Assembly (NCBI GenBank): GCA_045106415.1
Contig: JBGCEP010000051.1
Location: 1 to 53,566 of the forward strand
Reading direction: 5' to 3'
DNA from: Oligoflexales bacterium
Lineage (GTDB): Bacteria > Bdellovibrionota_B > Oligoflexia > Oligoflexales > Bog-1112
DNA: 53,566 nucleotides
Part shown: piece after piece, positions 1 through 8,641 of the stretch
How the letters are laid out: every line of letters starts with the position of its first letter
Numbering within the stretch: the first letter of the stretch is position 1
Notes under the pieces: generated by a model
Databases searched by the model: none
What the model was told of the DNA's origin: nothing
The model's input: only the letters and a program-made list of their open reading frames with translations
Program-made: the position numbers and the translations under genes

Positions 1-4
1 GCCA

Positions 5-192
5 GCTCTTTGACAATTTAATACAATCCAAACTGAGCTAACGGGAAAGCAACGACTAGTCATAGCGAAGCTATGGCAAGAACTGTTCTGATAAGCAGTT
101 CGATTCACAAATTTCTTGTGGAAAACAAGGGTGACCACGGAATTCTCACCCAAAACGGGGGATCGAGCGAAAAAAGACGCACCAATGCGCTC
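5..192 (+). ncRNA. Candidate structured RNA or mobile-element end: boxA-like motif followed by 4-5 consecutive hairpins
   Basis: GCTCTTTGACAA at 5-16. Stems at 59-66/70-77, 80-87/94-101, 104-110/116-122, 129-134/146-151 and 165-169/188-192. Three G-U pairs form only on the + strand. No credible ORF. Confidence 0.3.
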
Positions 193-283
193 TTGCCGAA
201 GTCTTTGACCAATTTTTTCTGGACAATATCTTCGTACGAATCCCATAAAAATATTTTTTTTCAGATTTGGGTTAAAATAAGAG

Positions 284-360
284 TGGCGCACCCGGAGCGA
301 CTCGAACGCCCGACCCTCAGGTTCGAAGCCTGATGCTCTATCCAACTGAGCTACGGGTGC
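284..360 (-). tRNA. tRNA-Arg, anticodon UCG
   Basis: Reverse complement is GCACCCGTAGCTCAGTTGGATAGAGCATCAGGCTTCGAACCTGAGGGTCGGGCGTTCGAGTCGCTCCGGGTGCGCCA: acceptor stem, D arm, anticodon arm TCAGG-CT-TCG-AA-CCTGA, GTTCGA T loop and encoded CCA. Confidence 0.97.
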
Positions 361-386
361 AAATATCAGAAGAACTGACGAAGTGG

Positions 387-415
387 ATTATGTTGGATAT
401 TTTTCAGAATATCAA
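387..415 (-). promoter_or_regulatory. sigma70-type promoter of tRNA-Arg
   Basis: TTGATA-N17-CATAAT on the minus strand, 26 nt upstream of the tRNA. Confidence 0.6.
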
Positions 416-423
416 GTGTTTTT

Positions 424-1266
424 TCAATGAGTTGTTTTTGGAGTCCAAATCCATTGTTTTTTATTTGGTATTGTTTTTTTGTGAAGTTTTTCCCAGGTTG
501 TTAGGAGGTGTTCGATGGCTTGAAGGCCTTTGGGTGAAAGTTTTCTGGATTCTTGATTGACGTAGAGCTTTATGTGTTGAGCAATGACTGATGTGTTTTT
601 TTCAATGGAGTGGGCCAATGTATAGGCGGTGCTTTGCTCTGGGTGGGCTTCAGCGTAATTTAAAGATTTTGAAATTTGATTGACAATTTGGCTGATTTTT
701 TTATCACCAAGTGAACGTTTTGCAACAATACCGCCGAGGGGAATAGGGATTGAAAACTTGTCTTCCCAGAGTTGCCCTAAATCATGGCGGAGGTTCAAAC
801 CCTCTTTTTCTAATGTAAAGCGAGTCTCATGAATAATGAGTCCAAGATCTGCTTTTTGTGTTTTAAGGAGCTCAGGGATCTCATTGTATAAGCAGAAAGC
901 TTCACGCCATTCTCCAGGGATAAGTGTATGAGCTAAAAGCCTGGCTGTTGTATTTCTACCTGGAATAGCGATCAGAGGTGTTTTTGGTGGTTGGGAGTTG
1001 CTTGCAGAAACAACTTGGGGCCCGCATTGATGACCAAGGGCAGCTCCAACTGGGAGTAAGATGTACTCGTCGAGAAGATCGCCTAAACACCCAAAAGAGA
1101 CTTTGCAAACGTCAGGGATCCCGCTGAGAGCATGTTGGTTGAGTTGTTCTATGTCAAGAAGAGTGACATTCCAAAGATTTTGAGTGGTTTTGTTGTGCAC
1201 CATGGCATCAAAAATAAAGGTGTCATTTGGGCAAGGGGAAAATGCGATAGAAAGTTCTTCTGTCAT
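424..1266 (-). CDS. mqnD: 1,4-dihydroxy-6-naphthoate synthase (futalosine menaquinone pathway)
   Basis: SIAFSPCPNDTFIF N-terminus, DIEQLN, IAIPGRNTTA, GLIIHETRFT, DLGQLW..PIPLGG, HIKLYVN motifs. Confidence 0.92.
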   Translation of the reverse strand: MTEELSIAFSPCPNDTFIFDAMVHNKTTQNLWNVTLLDIEQLNQHALSGIPDVCKVSFGCLGDLLDEYILLPVGAALGHQCGPQVVSASNSQPPKTPLIAIPGRNTTARLLAHTLIPGEWREAFCLYNEIPELLKTQKADLGLIIHETRFTLEKEGLNLRHDLGQLWEDKFSIPIPLGGIVAKRSLGDKKISQIVNQISKSLNYAEAHPEQSTAYTLAHSIEKNTSVIAQHIKLYVNQESRKLSPKGLQAIEHLLTTWEKLHKKTIPNKKQWIWTPKTTH

Positions 1267-1331
1267 GTCTCACTCCAGTGTTTTTTGCAGTGAGAGGCTA
1301 ACAATTTTTGACATGAAAGAAAATAAAACTC

Positions 1332-2258
1332 TTACGATTTCAGGCGGTAGATTGGGAGATCTTGATTTGTCTGATCGGCTTTTAATTTTGAAGGATCTCC
1401 TAAGCAAATCTCAGCAAAAACTCTGTGGTTTTCTCCAACTGCAGCTTGTAAGGCAAGTCGTGAAGCAGGAATGAGTTGTGTAAATGAAGCGTTGATAGCG
1501 GTGATGGGAAGCCCAATTATAGAGTATAACTTTTTTGATTCGAGTTTTCTTTTTGCAAGTCCTGCGACTTGGTTGATCAATTCTCCGGTCATGTCTGTGG
1601 CAACTTCTGGGGTAATGTCGATCTCATTTGTTTGGAAAACTTTTTTGGCGAGTTCTCTAATAAACTGGTAGTCACATCCAATCTGAATCGCTCCATAGAC
1701 CCTAGTCCCGAAAAGTGGAATGGAGCTTGTGTATTCAAACTCTTGAGATTTTTGCGTAGCTGTTGCTGCGGGGGCGGATTCAATGTTTTTTGGAAAATAA
1801 TCAGAAAGTGTTTCACAAAGAGCTTGGTTAAATAGATTTGTAATCTCCTCCTCAAAAGGGGACTCATTCCTGACTTGTGGAAGAAGAACTTCATCAACAT
1901 TATGAACAAGGTCTATGAGGTCAACTGGTTTTGGTACAATGTGAATAATACCAAGATTATTTAGCATTTTTAAAGAAGTTTCTGAAAGTTTTCCAGATAC
2001 AACAAAGACAGGTGATTTTGCATTGAGAGAATTAACTTTTAAATATGAGATCATCTGTATTCCATCCATGCCAGGCATGGTGAGGTCTGTAACAATAGCA
2101 TCAACCTTCATACGTCCGAAAATTTTGAGAGCCTCAAATCCATTGGAAGCTTTTAAAACTTCATAGCCAGACTCTGAAAAAGCAGCGACCAAGAGGTCTA
2201 AAAAATCTTGTTCATCGTCGACAACGAGAATTCTTTTACCTTTACTAAGACCTTTCAT
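1332..2258 (-). CDS. Response regulator receiver domain fused to a CheX-like phosphatase domain
   Basis: Receiver motifs ILVVDDE, IVTDLTMPGMDG and KP. C-terminal DMTGELINQVAG matches the CheC/CheX ExxN motif, followed by IGLP. Confidence 0.8.
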   Translation of the reverse strand: MKGLSKGKRILVVDDEQDFLDLLVAAFSESGYEVLKASNGFEALKIFGRMKVDAIVTDLTMPGMDGIQMISYLKVNSLNAKSPVFVVSGKLSETSLKMLNNLGIIHIVPKPVDLIDLVHNVDEVLLPQVRNESPFEEEITNLFNQALCETLSDYFPKNIESAPAATATQKSQEFEYTSSIPLFGTRVYGAIQIGCDYQFIRELAKKVFQTNEIDITPEVATDMTGELINQVAGLAKRKLESKKLYSIIGLPITAINASFTQLIPASRLALQAAVGENHRVFAEICLGDPSKLKADQTNQDLPIYRLKS

Positions 2259-2500
2259 GACTCTTTTTCCTTTGAGTAATGGTTGATTTCAGAGACTTCA
2301 CTAGAGATGTCTTTGTGTGTTTTTTCGATAGAATCAGCAAGGGCTGTAAGTTGTTTGAGAAGAGTGGAGCCCGGTCGAGATGAAGAAGTTTTATTCTCAC
2401 GTTTAAATGGAATGACTTCGGCTAAGTTTTTTTGCTTGTTTTGTGGGTTTAAATGTCTCAAAGGAGCTCCTGCTATCCGAGATATCATTCTGATCGGCAT
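2255..2500 (-). CDS. Small hypothetical protein, overlapping the receiver-CheX gene
   Basis: 81-aa ORF with a 4-bp overlap to the next gene. The true start is probably downstream of 2500 because the annotated ATG overlaps a sigma28 -10 box. Confidence 0.45.
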   Translation of the reverse strand: MPIRMISRIAGAPLRHLNPQNKQKNLAEVIPFKRENKTSSSRPGSTLLKQLTALADSIEKTHKDISSEVSEINHYSKEKES

Positions 2501-2517
2501 ATAAACAGGCGACTTAA
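2491..2517 (-). promoter_or_regulatory. sigma28 (FliA)-type promoter
   Basis: TTAAG-N14-GCCGATCA on the minus strand, upstream of a chemotaxis-type gene. Confidence 0.6.
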
Positions 2518-2537
2518 GGAGAAGAAAGGGAGAGAAG

Positions 2538-2577
2538 GCTTTTTCTTCCTCTCAAACTTGAGAGAGGAAGAAAAAGC
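2538..2577 (-). terminator. Hairpin after fusA (probable intrinsic terminator)
   Basis: Perfect 16-bp inverted repeat GCTTTTTCTTCCTCTC / GAGAGGAAGAAAAAGC with an 8-nt loop, 10 nt after the fusA stop. Confidence 0.75.
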
Positions 2578-2587
2578 TTTGTCAAAG

Positions 2588-4690
2588 TTAAGAGTTACCC
2601 TTGGCTTGCTCTTCTTTGAATTTTGCAACTAATTTTTCTTGGATAGAGTTTGGTACAGCTTTATATTTGCCGAACTCCATGGAGAAACTTGCTTTACCCT
2701 GACTCATAGAGCGGAGCTCTGTAGAGTAGCCGAACATCTCAGAAAGAGGAACTTCAGCCTGGATAATTGTATAGCCATCTCTCATGTCACTGCCCTGCAT
2801 AATACCGCGGCGTGACGAAAGATCACCTTGAACAGGACCCTGGAACTCATTTGGAGTTTCAATTTCGACGTTCATGATTGGCTCAAGAATCGATGGTTTT
2901 GCTTCGAGGAAAGCCTGTTTGAAAGCTTGGCGAGAAGCGACCTTAAAGGCCATTTCAGAAGAGTCAACTGGGTGATATGTTCCGTCAACCAATTCAATCT
3001 CAACGCCAATAACTTGGTAACCTGCTAAAGGACCTTTGTCCATAGACTCACGGAAACCTTTTTCACAACCAGGAAGGTATTCTTTAGGAATACTACCACC
3101 AACAATCTTGTTGTTGAATATGAAGTTTTCTTCAGCATCTTCACTAAGTGGTTTTAAAGAACCTACAACGTGACCGTACTGACCAGAACCACCTGTTTGT
3201 TTTTTATGCTTGTAATCAAAGTTCGCAGGGATTGATGGAGCTTCACGGTAGTTCACTTTTGGTTGCCCAATTGTGACGTTCGCTTTATATTCTCGTTGAA
3301 TCCTTTGAACATAAACTTCAAGGTGAAGTTCGCCCATTCCTTTAATGACAGTTTCATTTGACTCTTCATCAACAGAAACCCGGAATGTTGGATCTTCTTT
3401 CATGAATCTGTTTAATGCTTTTGAAACACGAACTAAATCTTCTTGTTTCTCCGGCTTTAAAGCAAGTTCAATGACTGGTTCAGGTACGAAAATACTTTCC
3501 ATTGTGACTCGTAAGTCGTCATTACAGAATGTATCACCAGAGGCGCAGTCAACACCAACAATAGCAATAATGTCACCAGCTGTTGCAGAGTCGATCTCTT
3601 GGCGCTCATCAGAGAACATACGAACAAGACGTCCGATACGGACTTTTTTGTTTGTTCGTGGATTGTAGACAGTGTCACCTTTTTTCAAGCAACCTTGATA
3701 AATTCTGGTGTAAGTCAACTGACCATATGTATCTTCAGTAATTTTGAAGGCCATGGCGATAAGAGGAAGTTTTGGGTCAGGTAAAACTGCGATTGCTTTA
3801 GGTTCGTCATTACTATTGTCATGACCTTGATATTGACGCTCAGTCGGACAAGGTAGATAATCACAGACTGCACCCATAAGTGTTTGCACACCTTTGTTCT
3901 TGAAGGCAGATCCCATGAATACAGGAGTAACCTTACGTGCAATCGTAGAGTCATGAATAACTTTTTTCAAAAGCTCAAGTGGAATTTCTTTTTCATCAAG
4001 AAGAAGCTCCATCATTTCGTCTGAGAACATTGAGAAAGCGTCGAGCATCTCAGAGCGAGCTTCTTGTGCTTCTTCGACAAGATCTTCTGGGATTGGTTCG
4101 AAACGAGCCTGTTCACCGTTGTCGCCATCATAGAAAATAGCGCGCATTTCTACAAGGTCAACAACACCTTGAAAATCGTCTTCATAGCCGATTTGGATTT
4201 GCATTGGAACAGCGTTGTGACCAAGTTTTTCGCGAAGTTGTCCGACGACATTCTTTGCATTTGCACCAGCGCGATCCAGTTTATTGATAAACGCCATGCA
4301 AGGAACTTCGTAGCGCTTCATCTGACGGTCAACAGTAATAGACTGAGACTGAACACCAGAAGTTCCGCAAAGAACAAGAATTGCGCCATCAAGAACACGC
4401 AGAGATCGTTCAACTTCTACTGTGAAGTCAACGTGTCCTGGTGTGTCAATGATCTGAATTCTGTGGTCATTCCAGTCAACGGTAACCGCTGCAGAAGTGA
4501 TCGTAATTCCACGCTCTTTTTCGAGTTCCATGTGGTCCATTTTTGCACCACCGTCTCCACCACGGACTTCTTGAATCCGGTGAATCAACCCTGAGTAGAA
4601 AAGAATACGCTCAGTAAGAGTCGTCTTTCCAGAGTCAATGTGTGCAGAGATCCCGATGTTACGATACTGGGACAGATTGATTTTCGCCAT
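2588..4690 (-). CDS. fusA: Elongation factor G (spd/mitochondrial EF-G1-like subfamily), outside the str operon
   Basis: [83 protein letters not shown]; 700 aa. Confidence 0.97.
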   Translation of the reverse strand: MAKINLSQYRNIGISAHIDSGKTTLTERILFYSGLIHRIQEVRGGDGGAKMDHMELEKERGITITSAAVTVDWNDHRIQIIDTPGHVDFTVEVERSLRVLDGAILVLCGTSGVQSQSITVDRQMKRYEVPCMAFINKLDRAGANAKNVVGQLREKLGHNAVPMQIQIGYEDDFQGVVDLVEMRAIFYDGDNGEQARFEPIPEDLVEEAQEARSEMLDAFSMFSDEMMELLLDEKEIPLELLKKVIHDSTIARKVTPVFMGSAFKNKGVQTLMGAVCDYLPCPTERQYQGHDNSNDEPKAIAVLPDPKLPLIAMAFKITEDTYGQLTYTRIYQGCLKKGDTVYNPRTNKKVRIGRLVRMFSDERQEIDSATAGDIIAIVGVDCASGDTFCNDDLRVTMESIFVPEPVIELALKPEKQEDLVRVSKALNRFMKEDPTFRVSVDEESNETVIKGMGELHLEVYVQRIQREYKANVTIGQPKVNYREAPSIPANFDYKHKKQTGGSGQYGHVVGSLKPLSEDAEENFIFNNKIVGGSIPKEYLPGCEKGFRESMDKGPLAGYQVIGVEIELVDGTYHPVDSSEMAFKVASRQAFKQAFLEAKPSILEPIMNVEIETPNEFQGPVQGDLSSRRGIMQGSDMRDGYTIIQAEVPLSEMFGYSTELRSMSQGKASFSMEFGKYKAVPNSIQEKLVAKFKEEQAKGNS

Positions 4691-5069
4691 GATTTGAGCC
4701 CTAGTCCTTGAAATCTATGATAAAAAACTGTTCGGACACTCTTGTCCTTGAGTCGTTTGTGCAGGATGTTTAACGGCAAAATATCGTACATCCTACAACC
4801 GCGGCAGGATAGCAGTTTATATTTGCTTTGAAAAGCTTTTCATTTTTGTAGGTTGTAGCTGCTTTGAGTCTAAGTCGTGATTTAGAAATCCTTATTTTAA
4901 TCTTTTTGATTACAAACATCATTTTGATTTTTATGAATTAAGATTAAGTATTCTCTTAAATAAAACTTAAAAACCTTTTCATTACAGCTTTATACATCGT
5001 TTTGTTGTCTAATTTAAAACTTGGCCCTACAGCAAAGGTTTGGGCTTTACGATGAAGACTTGAGATCTT

Positions 5070-6185
5070 ATGAGGTTGGTGATGGAATTTGGATTTCAAG
5101 ATAAAAAAGAATCTGGACACAGTACAAAACCTGGGTCTCCTGTTGTAGATGTTGATATTGGAGGGAGTGATTTTTGGGATCTAGGTGCTGGAGATCATCC
5201 AGAGTTGCAGGGTTTTCCTGCCGAGAAAAAACAGAATTCACGATCTTTTATGGCTTCTGTTACAAGAGTTTTAGCTTTAGGTCTTGCTATGGCATTTGTT
5301 TCGTTTGCTGCTGCTGTTATTTTTGATGATTCGATTTTAGACATGATAAGTACGGTGGTCATGGATACCAATGCCTCTGTTATAAAAAAACAGCCTTTTA
5401 AGGCTGCTGCTCGAGGTTTGATTTCTCCTTCAGTAGGTTCTGAATCGATCAATAAGGATCATAGTGAACCACCTGATGGGACATCTTTTGCTCAAGCTGT
5501 GGTGATTAAAAAATCAGAAAATCCATATTGGGATTTGGATAATAGTACGCGAGTGGTGGATACGGATAAACCTGTCTGGACAGAGGTTGAAGAGGTGGTT
5601 TGGAGTCGTGACCTTAGGTCTGAGAATCCTTGGCACCGCTATCGCGTCGCAGTTGAAGTCGCTCGTTACCAACTTAAAGGAAGTGAACGGATTTTATGGC
5701 GCTTACTACAAGACTCTCAATTATGGGTAAGGATGAGGGCGCTGTCTGGTTTGGGTGATTTTGGAGTCCCTTTGTCGATTGGAGTGATTCATAAAGTTTT
5801 ACAAAAAGCTCGAACGGATCGGCTGTGGCGTTTTTTGAAAAGGTACATGGAAGTATCAACCCCAGGAGAACGTTACATTATGAGAGGAATGATTCGTTTT
5901 GTTGGAGCGAAGGCAAGATTCGTTATTCTGAGGTCTTTGGCTAATCATCGAGATGCGTGGACTGCTTCTTATTTAAAGGCGGCTTTGCACGATAGTGATC
6001 CCCGTATACTTGCTTGGACTCAGCGTTTGCAAAGGTCTAGCCCTTGGCTTTTTCAAGAGTATAGGCGGCCTAAAGCGAAAGAAGTAAGAGTTCAAAATTC
6101 GAAAGAAGAGCTTAATTATGAGAAAAAGCTCGACGGTGGTTTTGATGAGGAGGCGTGGCGGGAATGGGACGCTCTGTATAGATAA
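5070..6185 (+). CDS. Membrane-anchored hypothetical protein with HEAT-repeat-like helical region
   Basis: One TM segment (VLALGLAMAFVSFAAAVIF). HEAT-like motifs LLQDSQLWVRMRALSGL and ALHDSDPRILAW. Confidence 0.65.
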   Translation: MRLVMEFGFQDKKESGHSTKPGSPVVDVDIGGSDFWDLGAGDHPELQGFPAEKKQNSRSFMASVTRVLALGLAMAFVSFAAAVIFDDSILDMISTVVMDTNASVIKKQPFKAAARGLISPSVGSESINKDHSEPPDGTSFAQAVVIKKSENPYWDLDNSTRVVDTDKPVWTEVEEVVWSRDLRSENPWHRYRVAVEVARYQLKGSERILWRLLQDSQLWVRMRALSGLGDFGVPLSIGVIHKVLQKARTDRLWRFLKRYMEVSTPGERYIMRGMIRFVGAKARFVILRSLANHRDAWTASYLKAALHDSDPRILAWTQRLQRSSPWLFQEYRRPKAKEVRVQNSKEELNYEKKLDGGFDEEAWREWDALYR

Positions 6186-6191
6186 AAAGTC

Positions 6192-6734
6192 CTAGGCTGA
6201 CTTTTTATTTTTTTGGCAGGTTAGGCTTAAGATTTTAGAGAATGACTTTCTAGGGCAGATGCGGATTGGGTTTTTTCCGACTTCGAGTTCAAGTAGAGGA
6301 AGATCTTGAAGGGGCGTCAAGTCTTGAATGTTGTTGTCCCATGCCATAAAAATTTTTAGTTCCTTAAGCCCTTGCAAAGGAGCTAGAGAGACGACTTTGT
6401 TATCCCCGATCCAGAGCTGAGTTAAGTTTTCGAGGTGTTCGATACCTTCTAAGGATCTAATGTTATTTCCCCAGACATCAAGTGTTCTAAGATTTTTAAA
6501 TTCTTTCAAAGGGGCAAGTGAAACAATACCTTTATTTTGAAGGTGGATCTCAGTCTTTTTCTGCAAACGTGTCCAAGCCTCTTGACAATTTGTCGTAAAC
6601 ACCGTTTTCTTGAGCTCGAGGATGGTGTGTCGAACTTCAGCGTTCGATTCTTTGTAGCATGAATTTAAAAAGCTTGAAGCGTGGCTTTTTGTGTATAAGC
6701 TAAACAGTGCTATCCAAATGAAAAAAGCTTTCAT
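6192..6734 (-). CDS. Secreted leucine-rich-repeat (internalin-like) protein
   Basis: Signal peptide ending SHA. 22-aa LxxLxLxxNxIxxLxPL repeats. Cys-containing N-cap. Confidence 0.88.
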   Translation of the reverse strand: MKAFFIWIALFSLYTKSHASSFLNSCYKESNAEVRHTILELKKTVFTTNCQEAWTRLQKKTEIHLQNKGIVSLAPLKEFKNLRTLDVWGNNIRSLEGIEHLENLTQLWIGDNKVVSLAPLQGLKELKIFMAWDNNIQDLTPLQDLPLLELEVGKNPIRICPRKSFSKILSLTCQKNKKSA

Positions 6735-6811
6735 AGTGACTCCATGTCAAATGGAAATTATGCTAGCACATATTGAGGAATAAATCAGCTCGATTTGAGC
6801 ACGGAGGCGGC

Positions 6812-8638
6812 ATGGAAAATTATGGTGAAGAACAGATTCAGTCACTGGATTGGCGTGAGCATATCCGGCGCCGTCCAGGAATGTATATCGGGAAGCTTGG
6901 CAATGGTGATGCTCCTGATGATGGTATTTATGTTCTTGTTAAAGAAATCTTGGATAACTCTATTGATGAATTTGTCATGGGTTCCGGTAAAAAAATAGAT
7001 GTGATTTGGACAGAAAATACGATTCGTATTCGTGATTACGGCCGTGGCATTCCTCTAGGAAAAGTTGTTGAGTGTGTTTCTAAAATTAATACTGGTGGTA
7101 AATACGACTCTAAAGCTTTTAAAAAATCTGTAGGGCTTAATGGAGTTGGTACAAAAGCTGTCAATGCTCTTTCAGAGAGGTTTACAGTCCGTTCTTTTAG
7201 AGATGGCAAAGTAAAGTATGCTCAATTTTCTCAAGGATTACTTATTGACGAAAAGAAGGCGTCTAAAACGACTGAGAAAAATGGTACAGAAATTGAGTTT
7301 GTTGCAGACCCTAGTGTTTTTAAAAATTACAAATATCAACATGAATTTTTATCCAGGATGTTTTGGAACTATGCTTTTTTAAATGCTGGCCTTGTGGTTG
7401 TGTTTAATGGGGAGAAATTTCACTCTAAAAACGGCTTATTAGACTTGCTGACAAAGAAGCTTGGAGATACTCCGGTTCAATATCCTATTTTGCACTTAAA
7501 AGGGGAGGATATTGAAATTGCATTGACTCACGGGCAGCACAGCTCTGAAGATTTGATTTCATTTGTAAATGGTCAATATACAAGCATGGGCGGGAGCCAT
7601 CAAACAGCACTGAGAGAAGGTTTGGTTAAGGCTGTTCGAGCTCATTTTAAAAAAGATTTTGATGCTTCTGATATTCGAGCTGGTGTGATGGCAGCGATAA
7701 GTGTACGTGTTGAAGAACCTGTTTTTGAATCTCAAACAAAAACAAAACTAGGTTCCTTGAAGGCAGCACCTGACGGAGTCACTATTCGAAGTTGGGTCTT
7801 GGATTTCATGAAGTTTGAGCTTGATAATGCTCTTCATCGAACGCCAAGCAGTGCAACGGCAATGCTTAAAAGGATTCAACAGTCTGAGCGCGAGCGCAAA
7901 GATATGGCTGGTATTCGTAAACTTGCTCAAGAAAGAGCAAAAAAAGCTAGCGTCTATAATAAAAAACTACGAGATTGCCGTGTGCATTTTGCTTCAAAAC
8001 ATAAAGACCGTTTACGGAGTACAATCTTTATTACAGAAGGTGATTCTGCGAGTGGCTCCATAACGAAAGCAAGAGATGTGCAAACTCAAGCTGTTTTTAG
8101 TTTGAGAGGAAAGCCATTAAATTCCTACGGTTTAAGTAGAAAAATTGTATATGAGAACGAAGAGTTTAACCTTTTGCAGCATGCTTTAAATATTGAAGGC
8201 TCTCTAGATGATTTACGCTATAATCGCATTGTTCTTGCAACTGATGCTGATGTGGATGGAATGCATATTCGTCTCTTGTTGATGACATTCTTTTTACAGT
8301 TTTTCCCAGAAATTGTGGAAAGAGGTCACGTTTATGTTCTTGAAACACCTTTATTTCGGGTAAGAGATCGCAAAAAAACAATGTACTGCTACGATGAGCT
8401 GGAAAAAGAAAAAGCTTTAAAAGAATTAGGTAAAAAAGCTGAAATCACAAGATTTAAAGGTTTAGGGGAAGTCTCTCCAGATGAATTTTCTGCATTTATC
8501 CAAGAAGATATGAAACTTGACCTTGTGCGTCAGCTTCCGGATCAATCTATCGATGATATGCTTCGGTATTATATGGGGAAAAACACTCCGAAACGACAAG
8601 ATTTTATTATTAATCATTTGAATACTGTGAGTGAATAA
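6812..8638 (+). CDS. parE: DNA topoisomerase IV subunit B
   Basis: [67 protein letters not shown] at 6812 follows a GGAGG RBS. Confidence 0.9.
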   Translation: MENYGEEQIQSLDWREHIRRRPGMYIGKLGNGDAPDDGIYVLVKEILDNSIDEFVMGSGKKIDVIWTENTIRIRDYGRGIPLGKVVECVSKINTGGKYDSKAFKKSVGLNGVGTKAVNALSERFTVRSFRDGKVKYAQFSQGLLIDEKKASKTTEKNGTEIEFVADPSVFKNYKYQHEFLSRMFWNYAFLNAGLVVVFNGEKFHSKNGLLDLLTKKLGDTPVQYPILHLKGEDIEIALTHGQHSSEDLISFVNGQYTSMGGSHQTALREGLVKAVRAHFKKDFDASDIRAGVMAAISVRVEEPVFESQTKTKLGSLKAAPDGVTIRSWVLDFMKFELDNALHRTPSSATAMLKRIQQSERERKDMAGIRKLAQERAKKASVYNKKLRDCRVHFASKHKDRLRSTIFITEGDSASGSITKARDVQTQAVFSLRGKPLNSYGLSRKIVYENEEFNLLQHALNIEGSLDDLRYNRIVLATDADVDGMHIRLLLMTFFLQFFPEIVERGHVYVLETPLFRVRDRKKTMYCYDELEKEKALKELGKKAEITRFKGLGEVSPDEFSAFIQEDMKLDLVRQLPDQSIDDMLRYYMGKNTPKRQDFIINHLNTVSE

Positions 8639-8641
8639 TTT

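Noticed and set aside
1..10. GCCAGCTCTT occurs at both window ends (1-10 and 53526-53535)
   Set aside because: Only 10 bp, and the right copy lies inside tnpC coding sequence; treated as chance, not a terminal repeat.
4..47. tRNA-like 5' half on the minus strand (TTCCCGTTAGCTCAGTTTGGA...AGAGC)
   Set aside because: The D loop would be about 26 nt and no anticodon or T arm is visible before the window edge; cannot be supported.
73..560. ORFs 73..333 and 333..560 (+)
   Set aside because: They overlap the tRNA antisense, its promoter and the mqnD 3' end, and have no protein-like features.
2828..4594. Long antisense ORFs within fusA (likewise inside the S8 protease and ALDH genes)
   Set aside because: Expected shadows of strongly codon-biased genes; no RBS or motifs.
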